From: a virus
Lineage: Duplodnaviria; Caudoviricetes
Direction: 5' to 3' (one strand)
Length of the DNA: 25,754 bases
Virus record (IMG/VR): IMGVR_UViG_3300014656_000116
Location: 1-25,754 of that record
Shown here: positions 1 through 7,624 of the stretch, piece by piece
Numbering within the stretch: position 1 is the stretch's first letter
Layout: the number at the start of each line of letters is the position of its first letter
The notes under the pieces: model-generated
Databases searched by the model: none
Seen by the model: the letters and a program-made list of their open reading frames with translations, nothing else
Told to the model about the DNA's origin: nothing
Program-made: the position numbers and the translations under genes

Positions 1-33
1 CAGCTTGCGGTACAAGGTGAATTATGCAGATGA
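1..33 (+). CDS. 3' end of an upstream gene truncated by the window edge (tentative)
   Basis: Frame 1 is open from base 1 to TGA at 31-33 and overlaps the start of the next gene. Confidence 0.3.
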   Translation, partial: QLAVQGELCR

Positions 34-512
34 TTGATTTATCAATTCTACAAGGTGCTATCTTCTCCGATGACCGGAAGTATCGCTACGCCCTTTGGAG
101 AGTCTGGAATACCGGATTGCCCATTTTGGGTTGTGTAGGCTTAAATCCAAGTGATGCGAACGAGTTCAAGAATGACCCTACGATAACAAGGGGGATTGTT
201 AGAGCCGATAGAAACGGCTTTGGTGGTTTTATTATGACGAATCTACATGGGCTAGTTTCTACTGACCCTAATGCCCTATTAAATAACCCAGATGCCATAG
301 GCGAACTAAACGATTGCTACATCAAGCAGATGGTCGAACTTACGGAACGTCAGCTTTGCGGTTGGGGTTCTTTCAAGCCTGTGAGATACAGAGCGGCGGC
401 TGTTTTTTCTATACTTATTAATCCGGTATGCTTGGGTGTCAATAAAGATGGTCAGCCCAAGCACCCCTTGTATGTTGGATACGATGTACCGATGGTGAAT
501 TATGAGGGATAG
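24..512 (+). CDS. DUF1643 family protein (possibly uracil-DNA-glycosylase-like fold)
   Basis: Motifs YRYALWRVW, GLNPSDA..NDPTI, NL....TDP..L, WG and P.HPLY match DUF1643. GGTGA SD-like element at 16-20. Confidence 0.85.
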   Translation: MQMIDLSILQGAIFSDDRKYRYALWRVWNTGLPILGCVGLNPSDANEFKNDPTITRGIVRADRNGFGGFIMTNLHGLVSTDPNALLNNPDAIGELNDCYIKQMVELTERQLCGWGSFKPVRYRAAAVFSILINPVCLGVNKDGQPKHPLYVGYDVPMVNYEG

Positions 513-1332
513 CAGTTGGAATAAAGGTATAGCCACGTGGCAGGTTGGTAAGACGCTCTATATCTCTGTACCTTTTACTTGGCTGGTGGCTGATGCTGAG
601 AAAATAGCTCGAAACTGGAAAGGCAAGGCAATTATCGGCGGTCCCGGCCTAATGAAACCTACTCACTGTGAAGGCTTCGAGCCAGTTATCTTCCATAATC
701 CGCTTGCTACCTTCACTAGCCGAGGTTGCCCAAACTCTTGCCCCTTTTGTGCAGTTAAGCTACTAGAACCAGAGTTTTATGAGATAGAAAAACCAAGACT
801 TGCCCCTATCATCTGTGATAACAATTTTACCGCTTGTTCACGGAAGCACCAGGAGCGAGTCATTGATGGTCTGACTATCTATTCTTATGTAGACTTCAAT
901 CAAGGGCTAGAGGCTCGGAAGTTTACACCCTGGCTGGCTGACCAGCTAGGGCGGCTCAAGGTTAAGGTGCGCTTTGCCTTTGACTCCTGGGGGTGTGAGT
1001 CTGCCGTTAAAGATGCTATTGACCTTTGCCAGAGACGTACCACAAAAGACATTGGGGTATACTGCCTCATCGGTTATAACGACGATCCCGATAGTGCAAT
1101 AGCCCGCTTGGAACTTGTGCGCTCCTGGAAACTTGACCCTAATCCTATGCGCTTTCAGCCGCTAGACGCCAAACTTAAGAATGAATACAGGCTTCCCGAA
1201 ATGCGCAACTGGACTGAGGATAAATTGGCTGACGTTATGCGGTATTATTCACGGTTGCAGCATTTGCGATTCATGTCTTTCAACGAGTATAATGCAACAC
1301 CAAAAGAGCAATTAGAGTTTGGTGAATTATGA
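502..1332 (+). CDS. Radical SAM protein with a short B12-binding-like N-terminal segment
   Basis: TSRGCPNSCPFC (CxxxCxxC), DNNF, VDFNQGL, RFAFD, Y.LIGY. N-terminal ISVPFTW...IIGGPG resembles the front of class B radical SAM enzymes. Confidence 0.85.
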   Translation: MRDSSWNKGIATWQVGKTLYISVPFTWLVADAEKIARNWKGKAIIGGPGLMKPTHCEGFEPVIFHNPLATFTSRGCPNSCPFCAVKLLEPEFYEIEKPRLAPIICDNNFTACSRKHQERVIDGLTIYSYVDFNQGLEARKFTPWLADQLGRLKVKVRFAFDSWGCESAVKDAIDLCQRRTTKDIGVYCLIGYNDDPDSAIARLELVRSWKLDPNPMRFQPLDAKLKNEYRLPEMRNWTEDKLADVMRYYSRLQHLRFMSFNEYNATPKEQLEFGEL

Positions 1333-2057
1333 GCAGACCTAAACTACTTGATGTGTTCAGTGGCAGTGGCGGAGCCGCTATGGGATATTTCAGGGCGGGC
1401 TTTGACCCCTACGGCATCGACAACGACCAGAAGCCACTGAAACATTATCCATTTCCTTATCTCTGTATGGATGCGCTGGAAGCTATGGACAGACTGCTCA
1501 GGGGCGAGGGCTTGACCTTCAGTAACGGTGAGACGCTTTACCTGGGAGACTTTGCGGCTTTCCATGCCAGCCCGCCGTGTCAGTTTGGAAGTATTGCAAC
1601 ACCTAAAGAACGCAAACATCTTCACCCGAATTTAATCCCTCAGACAAGGCAATTATTGGTGGCAACTGGGAAACCCTATGTAATTGAGAATGTGAGAGGA
1701 ACTCGTATGTGGCTTGTTAATCCCTCCATGCTTTGCGGAACGATGTTTGGCTTGCCATTATGGAGACATCGTTATTTTGAAACAAGTTTTAATCACTTTG
1801 AACTTATGCCAACTTGCAATCATAAACGAGGTTATCTGGAAATAGAAATTGGGAAAATACAAATACCCGTTCTTTGCACAGGCGGGGGTGATAGTAAGAG
1901 GTCTAATAGAAAAACTTGGCGACCGAACCAACCAGCGAAAGAAAGACGTTATGCCATGCAGATAGATTGGATGACAAAAGAGGAATTAACTCAGGCAATC
2001 CCCCCAGCCTATACGGAATACATAGGCAAGTGGCTGATTAAGGAGGTACTGGAATGA
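1329..2057 (+). CDS. Phage-type DNA (cytosine-5) methyltransferase
   Basis: Motif I LLDVFSGSGG, catalytic ASPPCQ, motif VI IENV, RHRYFE, C-terminal QAIPPAYTEYIG. ATGA overlap with the upstream gene. Confidence 0.88.
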   Translation: MSRPKLLDVFSGSGGAAMGYFRAGFDPYGIDNDQKPLKHYPFPYLCMDALEAMDRLLRGEGLTFSNGETLYLGDFAAFHASPPCQFGSIATPKERKHLHPNLIPQTRQLLVATGKPYVIENVRGTRMWLVNPSMLCGTMFGLPLWRHRYFETSFNHFELMPTCNHKRGYLEIEIGKIQIPVLCTGGGDSKRSNRKTWRPNQPAKERRYAMQIDWMTKEELTQAIPPAYTEYIGKWLIKEVLE

Positions 2058-2293
2058 ACTGCACTCATCACTTTATCATATCATCACCGGTAAAGGGATG
2101 GCATATCATTGGTAAGTGTAAATGGTGTGGGAAAGAAAAGGACTTTACTGAACTCCAGGAGCAAGACAAAGGATATAGACAGCTATGCCTTGCCAATGCC
2201 TTAACTAGGCCCGGGATTGATATGTCTCAGAAAATGGCAGTTAAGAAGCCGAAAAACAGGCCATGTAAATTAAGCAGGGGTAGGGTTAGGTGA
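2054..2293 (+). CDS. Small Zn-ribbon protein
   Basis: CTHH...GKCKWCG, basic C-terminus, AGGAGGT RBS, ATGA overlap. Confidence 0.7.
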   Translation: MNCTHHFIISSPVKGWHIIGKCKWCGKEKDFTELQEQDKGYRQLCLANALTRPGIDMSQKMAVKKPKNRPCKLSRGRVR

Positions 2294-2333
2294 TGCCACC
2301 AGATGGTGTAACATCGAAATCTGAGGGGATATA

Positions 2334-2504
2334 ATGATAGAGGGACAGACAGCACCACGCAAGGTATCTATCGCCTTTAGATTGCCTGTTGACATTTACG
2401 CTATAATATTGGAAAGAGCTAAGAGGAAAAGATTAAAACCATCTGAATACCTGAGAAAGAAAACTATCTATGAAGCAACCAGAACACACGGCAAGCAGAA
2501 GTGA
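2334..2504 (+). CDS. Ribbon-helix-helix (CopG/Arc-like) DNA-binding protein, 56 aa, not in the ORF track
   Basis: Hand translation MIEGQTAPRKVSIAFRLPVDIYAIILERAKRKRLKPSEYLRKKTIYEATRTHGKQK shows the RHH pattern (strand SIAFRLP, helix, then SEYLR helix). GAGGGG RBS upstream. Confidence 0.75.
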   Translation: MIEGQTAPRKVSIAFRLPVDIYAIILERAKRKRLKPSEYLRKKTIYEATRTHGKQK

Positions 2505-2690
2505 TTATTCAGAGGCACAAGCAAGACAAATCCTCATGACCTTTATGACTTCATTCCCCAGGCGATTCCTGTGGCTCTCATGCCGCCACACAAAGGGCTT
2601 CCCTGGAGGATACCGCTTCTTGCATAACTCACAGGTAAAGGCGCATTGAGAAATTCTTACTTCGTCTTTTACTCTCCATCTTTCAGCCAT
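2505..2690 (-). CDS. Small Zn-finger protein
   Basis: CELC...CLAC; last gene of the minus-strand arm. Confidence 0.6.
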   Translation of the reverse strand: MAERWRVKDEVRISQCAFTCELCKKRYPPGKPFVWRHESHRNRLGNEVIKVMRICLACASE

Positions 2691-2851
2691 TCCTCAGCCG
2701 AGCATTGCAATATCATTGCCTCTAATCGGTGAAGTATACAATAAAAGAGTTGGGGATAACTCAATCCCTGCTTATGGCCGACCAAAATGAGGCGGTCAAA
2801 GTCTATCTCGAATAGCTCCATCAGCTTAGCTTGCTCAATCACGTTTATCAT
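2669..2851 (-). CDS. Hypothetical protein, 60 aa
   Basis: Overlaps both neighbours in operon orientation; no family recognised. Confidence 0.55.
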   Translation of the reverse strand: MINVIEQAKLMELFEIDFDRLILVGHKQGLSYPQLFYCILHRLEAMILQCSAEEWLKDGE

Positions 2852-3098
2852 TCTGCATAAATATCTTGTCCAGTTTATTGAATATCATGCTATGGTCTTC
2901 ACGGTTATTTAACTGGTAAGCCTTGAACTCCGCTCTTATTTGACTGACTATTTTCTCCTGAGCCTCGGCCTTGTCCCCTATATCCTTAGAGTTATGGTTG
3001 ACACGTTCTCTGAGACTGCCCCAGGCTACTCCCGTAGCGATAAGTGCAAGCAGGATGGTAATGAATATGGCGGCTAGTGGTGCGTCAATCTGAATCAT
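2835..3098 (-). CDS. Single-TM plus coiled-coil membrane protein (holin-like or lysis accessory)
   Basis: Hydrophobic PLAAIFITILLALIATGVAWG followed by a helical tail ending IFNKLDKIF. AAGGAG RBS. Confidence 0.65.
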   Translation of the reverse strand: MIQIDAPLAAIFITILLALIATGVAWGSLRERVNHNSKDIGDKAEAQEKIVSQIRAEFKAYQLNNREDHSMIFNKLDKIFMQNDKRD

Positions 3099-3109
3099 GT
3101 TATTCTCCT

Positions 3110-3529
3110 TTAATCACCATCCTCTGCCTGATAAGGAATTTTGCCCTTAGTCCAGATAACTCCGAGGCAGAGATATTTTATATTGATTTTGCGTATCCGC
3201 TCAGGGTCGGACTGATTCAGGTTAAGCCCCTGAGTGCGATAGTAAGCGCCGAACTCATCGGAGCCTATCTCAACTATGCTGTGTATTATATCACCCCGGC
3301 CCTGATTCCAGATGATAATATCGCCGATGTTCAAATTACTAACATCATCTGAGATAAAAACCGTATGCCCCACGTCGATCAGAGGCTCCATAGAGTTTGT
3401 GTTTTGCACTGTGGTCTTGATAGCATCGGGCAAGGTAAACTGGCTGGGGTCGATATCTACCCTGGGACTTGGTATATTACCAGAAGCATTGCCCTGTCTG
3501 AAAACCTTGAACAATGATGTTAAGCACAT
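3110..3529 (-). CDS. S26-family peptidase, Ser/His (SipW/Sec11-like) type, without a TM anchor
   Basis: NSMEP (Ser nucleophile), GDIIIW, IIHSI (His base), YRTQGLN..SDP matching the TKGDN..D box. Confidence 0.75.
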   Translation of the reverse strand: MCLTSLFKVFRQGNASGNIPSPRVDIDPSQFTLPDAIKTTVQNTNSMEPLIDVGHTVFISDDVSNLNIGDIIIWNQGRGDIIHSIVEIGSDEFGAYYRTQGLNLNQSDPERIRKINIKYLCLGVIWTKGKIPYQAEDGD

Positions 3530-3557
3530 ATCTAACCACCTTATTTACGTCTATCTC

Positions 3558-3568
3558 ATTTTACCATA
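3558..3568 (-). promoter_or_regulatory. Putative extended -10 promoter for the peptidase unit
   Basis: Minus strand TATGGTAAAAT, about 28 nt upstream of ATG 3529. Confidence 0.45.
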
Positions 3569-3574
3569 CGCCTC

Positions 3575-3603
3575 TTGACAGATTATGACTATTGATTTAC
3601 CAT
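3575..3603 (+). promoter_or_regulatory. Putative sigma70 promoter, probably giving a leaderless mRNA
   Basis: TTGACA (3575-3580), 17 nt spacer, TACCAT (3598-3603); ATG at 3610 lies at the expected +1. Confidence 0.55.
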
Positions 3604-3609
3604 AAAGGC

Positions 3610-3846
3610 ATGGAGAGGTCTTTTCAGACATGGAGCGGTTTTAGAAGAGCGGTAGAAGATGTAAGTAGGGAAAGTTTGCCAGACCACTTCTGGGATATGC
3701 TGAAGGAGACTCTGAGCTGGGCCTCGATTCATGAGCCATACAGTGAGGGTGATATACCCTTTGCTGTAGAGCAACTAAAAAGTCTAAAGAGATTCATGTC
3801 GTTTCCAACAGCTAACTCGATGGCTGGGACTTGCAGTAGTCGCTAA
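3610..3846 (+). CDS. Hypothetical helical protein, 78 aa, counter-oriented in the late arm (moron-like)
   Basis: MERSFQTWSGFRRAVEDVSRESLPDHFW...; fills the gap between two minus-strand genes and has its own promoter. Start moved from 3592 to ATG 3610. Confidence 0.55.
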   Translation: MERSFQTWSGFRRAVEDVSRESLPDHFWDMLKETLSWASIHEPYSEGDIPFAVEQLKSLKRFMSFPTANSMAGTCSSR

Positions 3847-3973
3847 GTTGCTCGATTGACATATCTCGGGCCATCTTCGCTGCTTGAGGGCTTTTCGACC
3901 TGGGTGTCTTTCCTAATTTCATGGAAAGAGCCAGGCACATGAGCCTACGTTGTTGTTCCGTTTTAGCAGGCAT
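3812..3973 (-). CDS. DUF3008-like small basic protein, 53 aa, not in the ORF track
   Basis: Hand translation MPAKTEQQRRLMCLALSMKLGKTPRSKSPQAAKMARDMSIEQLSDYCKSQPSS matches the MPAKS..QQ...AL..K.G...MS..QL pattern. GGAGGTG RBS. Confidence 0.7.
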   Translation of the reverse strand: MPAKTEQQRRLMCLALSMKLGKTPRSKSPQAAKMARDMSIEQLSDYCKSQPSS

Positions 3974-3991
3974 CTCCACACCTCCACTACC

Positions 3992-4000
3992 ATTATAGCA
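3992..4000 (-). promoter_or_regulatory. Extended -10 promoter
   Basis: Minus strand TGCTATAAT directly after the DUF559 stop and ahead of a GGAGG RBS. Confidence 0.55.
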
Positions 4001-4339
4001 TTAGAGCATTTCCTGGCCTTGTAATGCCTTGCGCAAGGTCTCATCTAATCTAGTCTCTATATCATCGCCCCAGATGTCAACCACGACCCACCCCTGGGAT
4101 TCGAGTAACTCTCTCTGGACTGCATCTCGAGCCCGCTGTGCTGCTAACTTGTGATAATACTCGCCCATAATGCGCCAGGCTAGCGAGCGTTCGGGAAACA
4201 GCATATCGACCACAGATCCACCCAGTTCATACCAGCCGCCCATAAGTGAGGACTGAAACTCATAATCAACGATATGGTGCTTGTCCAGCCAGTTGAGAAC
4301 GATCTGCTCAATATCAGAGGCGACTTGAGTAGTCATCAT
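4001..4339 (-). CDS. DUF559/Vsr-like PD-(D/E)xK nuclease-fold protein
   Basis: S.IE..V...L, YEFQ, VVDML, GEYYH, RD..QRELLESQGWVVVDIW. Confidence 0.75.
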   Translation of the reverse strand: MMTTQVASDIEQIVLNWLDKHHIVDYEFQSSLMGGWYELGGSVVDMLFPERSLAWRIMGEYYHKLAAQRARDAVQRELLESQGWVVVDIWGDDIETRLDETLRKALQGQEML

Positions 4340-6657
4340 CCATTAAACACTTCTTCGCAGATTACGTCAAGATAACCTTCAGCCGCCCCTTGTTCTTCAT
4401 ACATCAGCCTCTCACCCAGTTGGGTGAGTTTGACTTTATATGAAGTTTTATTTTCATCGCCGCTAGGGTAGAATGCTACTAGGGTGTTCTTGTCCCTGAT
4501 TGTCTCCATAGCAGCAATTATATTAGAGGCTTCATCATCAGTACATTGAATCTTGAATTGCCAAGCCAGTATAGTGGATGGAGTCGGGATGTAGTAAAAG
4601 AGCAGGCTTTCAAGTTCAGGACTATTGGTAGCCGTATCATCCCGGTAGAGTTTTACGGCAAGCTGGATAGTATAGAACTCAGTGCCTAAGCCGCTATTGA
4701 AGGTAAGAGTGGTTGGTTTAGGTTCGCTGGTAAACGTACCGAGCAGGGTAGTAGGCGCGGCACCATTCAGTCCATAGTAGACCTCAATCTTTTCGGTGGC
4801 ATCACAGCTTTTGGTTATAGCGGCTACGCCGAGAGCCGTTTTGCTGATAGCGGCTAGTTTGCGGAATATCGGGAGCTTGCCATAGCCCGAATCGTTCACG
4901 TATTCATAGGTAGCTATATTTTTAACCACATGAGTAATATCAGAGAACATCATGTACTTGACCGTTACTCCCTCGCCAAACCACAATCTGCCATTGGTGT
5001 AAAGAGACGATGGAGAGTGGTGCAGACAGGCTATAGCTTTATCAACCGCCGAAGTGGTATATACCTGCAAATTACCACCGAGGCTAGAGTTGCGCTTGAA
5101 TATCGAACTCTTATCCGTTGAGCCGCCGTTCACACAGAAAACAAACCAGTTATTGACTGTGGCGAAGTCGTAGACTTTGCCCTGGTATCCCGAAGGCAGT
5201 CCATCATCCTGGTCCGGCCCTATGAACGTGGCCACGGAAGGAGCGACTTTGAGTATGCCGTAGCCGGTAGCTACCCAGACGTTAGCCTGCCAGTATATCC
5301 CCACGTGGCCCGCATTGGTTATCGGTGAATATTCAACTTCTTGCTGGTAAGCGACATCGGTGCTGGTGTCCAGTGTATACAGTCCCTTAGTGCCGCAGAA
5401 GTAGAGCGTGGGTGTACCGTCTGATAGCAGCTTGCCTTCAAAGAAACGATACAGAGTACCATAATCGCCAGTCAGTTCAAAGTTACCGCCGTGAGAATCA
5501 ATGTTCTTGGCTGCCGAGTAGCTGATAAATTTACCGTCAGTAGATATACAATAGAGGATATTCTCAAAGTCGGCAAGGTAGCCAAACAGGGGATTATAAA
5601 AATCGGCCTCGTAAATGTAAACATCTTTGCCAGGAGTTACGTTAGTGAACTTAATACGAGCTTTTGATACTCTCTGGAGACCAGCGGCATTTGTTACCGT
5701 TACCCATTGGTCGTAGGTAAAGGTGCTGGCATAGACATTATTCCATGCACTATTATAATAAAAATCTATAGTAACGGTGGGAGTGCCCGCATCTGCCCCC
5801 TTACCAAGAAATACCCTCACTCTATCAGTTATGACAGCCGTGGTCAGATTTAATTCTAAATAGCCATCCGCACCCGTCCCATTAGTAGCCTTCGTCGCCG
5901 TATTCTCATCGTAGGTATTGGCTTCGTCGCTCCATTCGCTATCAGGGTCAGTAGCCGAGTCAGGGCTTTTCCATCCCCATATTGCCGTCCAGGTCGTGCC
6001 AGCGGTGGTGTATATCGCATCGGTCGCTGAGGATACTACCAGGTAGGTGTCTGTCGAATCGGTGATAACAATAGCATCCAGAGGACTGGCGAGAGATTTA
6101 TCCACGCAATCTAAATTGGTGCCATCCCATTTCAGAATACGGCTACTCTGGATAAAGTAAGTCGCATTGTTGAAGTCTATTATCTTGACAGTAGCCAGGT
6201 AGGCCCGGCAAGTCCAGGTTACAGTTCCATCAGCTACCGTGTTGCCTACGGTAGTAGGCCAAGTCGGTTCAACACTGGCATGGGAAGTTCCAGCCGTAGT
6301 GCACTCATAGACGTAGCCGTTAGCCGTTGTGGGGATGCGGAAGTCAAGCAGAGAATAGGCTGTATTAGCTACCCATGCGGCATAATCAGCGGTGTTGACT
6401 TTTGGCCCGAGAACAGCTTGTCCCTCTACGGAGAAGTCTATACCCTCAGTCCAGTCCAGACGGGCATCAGAGCCAACACCCCGCTTTTTGCCAATGCCGT
6501 TGCGGAAGTCAAAATATTCCTCAAGTTCCGCCTGGGAAAAGTCGGAGTATTCAAGGCCGGCACCCCCGCCTAGTTTGGCCTTCCAGGGGTTAATCCTGCG
6601 TTGCTGTATATCAGAATGTATCTGGTAATATGTTCCATTCAGGAGAACTTGGCGCAT
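4336..6657 (-). CDS. Putative tail nozzle (tubular protein B-like, beta-propeller) with inserted carbohydrate-binding modules
   Basis: 773 aa, beta-rich propeller-like repeats, position after the adaptor gene; contains a WVANTAY...EPTWPTT...DGTVTWTC module and a discoidin-like insert. Confidence 0.55.
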   Translation of the reverse strand: MRQVLLNGTYYQIHSDIQQRRINPWKAKLGGGAGLEYSDFSQAELEEYFDFRNGIGKKRGVGSDARLDWTEGIDFSVEGQAVLGPKVNTADYAAWVANTAYSLLDFRIPTTANGYVYECTTAGTSHASVEPTWPTTVGNTVADGTVTWTCRAYLATVKIIDFNNATYFIQSSRILKWDGTNLDCVDKSLASPLDAIVITDSTDTYLVVSSATDAIYTTAGTTWTAIWGWKSPDSATDPDSEWSDEANTYDENTATKATNGTGADGYLELNLTTAVITDRVRVFLGKGADAGTPTVTIDFYYNSAWNNVYASTFTYDQWVTVTNAAGLQRVSKARIKFTNVTPGKDVYIYEADFYNPLFGYLADFENILYCISTDGKFISYSAAKNIDSHGGNFELTGDYGTLYRFFEGKLLSDGTPTLYFCGTKGLYTLDTSTDVAYQQEVEYSPITNAGHVGIYWQANVWVATGYGILKVAPSVATFIGPDQDDGLPSGYQGKVYDFATVNNWFVFCVNGGSTDKSSIFKRNSSLGGNLQVYTTSAVDKAIACLHHSPSSLYTNGRLWFGEGVTVKYMMFSDITHVVKNIATYEYVNDSGYGKLPIFRKLAAISKTALGVAAITKSCDATEKIEVYYGLNGAAPTTLLGTFTSEPKPTTLTFNSGLGTEFYTIQLAVKLYRDDTATNSPELESLLFYYIPTPSTILAWQFKIQCTDDEASNIIAAMETIRDKNTLVAFYPSGDENKTSYKVKLTQLGERLMYEEQGAAEGYLDVICEEVFNG

Positions 6658-6809
6658 CAGGATACTCCATTTCGCCTAAACCGTGCCCTGTAAAAACCAA
6701 GTCTGGGCTTAACCTTATACTTCGTCTTACTTTTTTCTTTACACTGAGCGAGTTCGGCTTCCAATTCGGCTACGCGTTGCTTTAATTGGGGTACACCGGA
6801 ACCAGGCAT
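6657..6809 (-). CDS. Small coiled-coil/basic protein, 50 aa, not in the ORF track
   Basis: MPGSGVPQLKQRVAELEAELAQCKEKSKTKYKVKPRLGFYRARFRRNGVS; coupled by TAATG upstream and TGATG downstream. Confidence 0.65.
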   Translation of the reverse strand: MPGSGVPQLKQRVAELEAELAQCKEKSKTKYKVKPRLGFYRARFRRNGVS

Positions 6810-7615
6810 TATTCCAGTACCCGCCTCGCTATAGGATTAGGCCACCTTCTAGGCTCATTGGCGGACAGGGCAAGGGCCTGGCGGTAGGTATCATCCAGTT
6901 TGTTGCTCTGTATCTTGCTCTTGGGTAAAAAGGTAATGGCTTTTTGTATCAGCCATTCTAAGGGCAATGCGATAGTCGCGGTATCCGATGTAACCTCAGC
7001 TTGAGCACCCTGGCCCTCGACTCTAAGGTCTTTGCCCGCTACTATGGAATAGCGGTCATCATTCAGTTTAAGTTTTCTTGAAGAGATAAGCCGCCAATCC
7101 CTAGGGTCAATCACATCCGCTTCATTGAATACACCGCCACCAGCCGTTTCTTCGGTGATAATTCGATGCACAAAAGACATAGTGGAAGGGAGACTATACT
7201 CATAGGTATTTGCTGACAAAGCAATGGTGGCTTCGTCGCTCATATCAATTATGTATTTACCGTCCTTTAGCGAGGCGATGGCGGCGTTAATGGCTCTGCG
7301 GTATTCATCTTCGGTAAAGATGTGATGGAGTTCCAACTTATCCCCAGTAGTAAGGGCCGGGCTAAAGGCTGGGTTGAAAGTAATGGTAGTACCCGTATTC
7401 ACCCAGCCGGAAACTTCTCTCTCCTGGCCGATAGCCGTGCCGGAATAGCAGTAGCCCCGATAGTGATGTTCATTGTAGTAGTCATCGCCCTTGCGCAGCA
7501 TAGTGTCTACAGCAGTAATAGATGAGCAGGTAGACGGTGTACTCAGTATGAGGTCGCCTACCTGTGCTGAAACGTATTGACGGACAACCGATAAAGCGTT
7601 GCTAAAAAGTGCTAT
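6809..7615 (-). CDS. Putative head-tail adaptor (tubular protein A-like), probable ATA start
   Basis: Frame is open from 7624; AGGAGG lies 5 nt before ATA at 7615-7613. Motifs YRRAINAAI and NTYEYSLPS are typical of adaptors. The ORF track starts at 7501. Confidence 0.6.
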   Translation of the reverse strand: MALFSNALSVVRQYVSAQVGDLILSTPSTCSSITAVDTMLRKGDDYYNEHHYRGYCYSGTAIGQEREVSGWVNTGTTITFNPAFSPALTTGDKLELHHIFTEDEYRRAINAAIASLKDGKYIIDMSDEATIALSANTYEYSLPSTMSFVHRIITEETAGGGVFNEADVIDPRDWRLISSRKLKLNDDRYSIVAGKDLRVEGQGAQAEVTSDTATIALPLEWLIQKAITFLPKSKIQSNKLDDTYRQALALSANEPRRWPNPIARRVLE

Positions 7616-7624
7616 GATGGCCTC

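Noticed and set aside
2389-2407. Perfect TTGACA and TATAAT hexamers close together
   Set aside because: The spacer is only 7 nt and both lie inside the RHH coding sequence, so this is not a valid sigma70 promoter geometry.
3110-3529. LexA/CI-type S24 repressor
   Set aside because: There is no HTH domain, and the general base position holds His (IIHSI) rather than Lys, fitting S26B better.
3589-3774. Minus-strand 61 aa ORF as the gene filling this gap
   Set aside because: No clear RBS; the plus-strand ORF has a well-spaced promoter and a more protein-like sequence. Not fully excluded.
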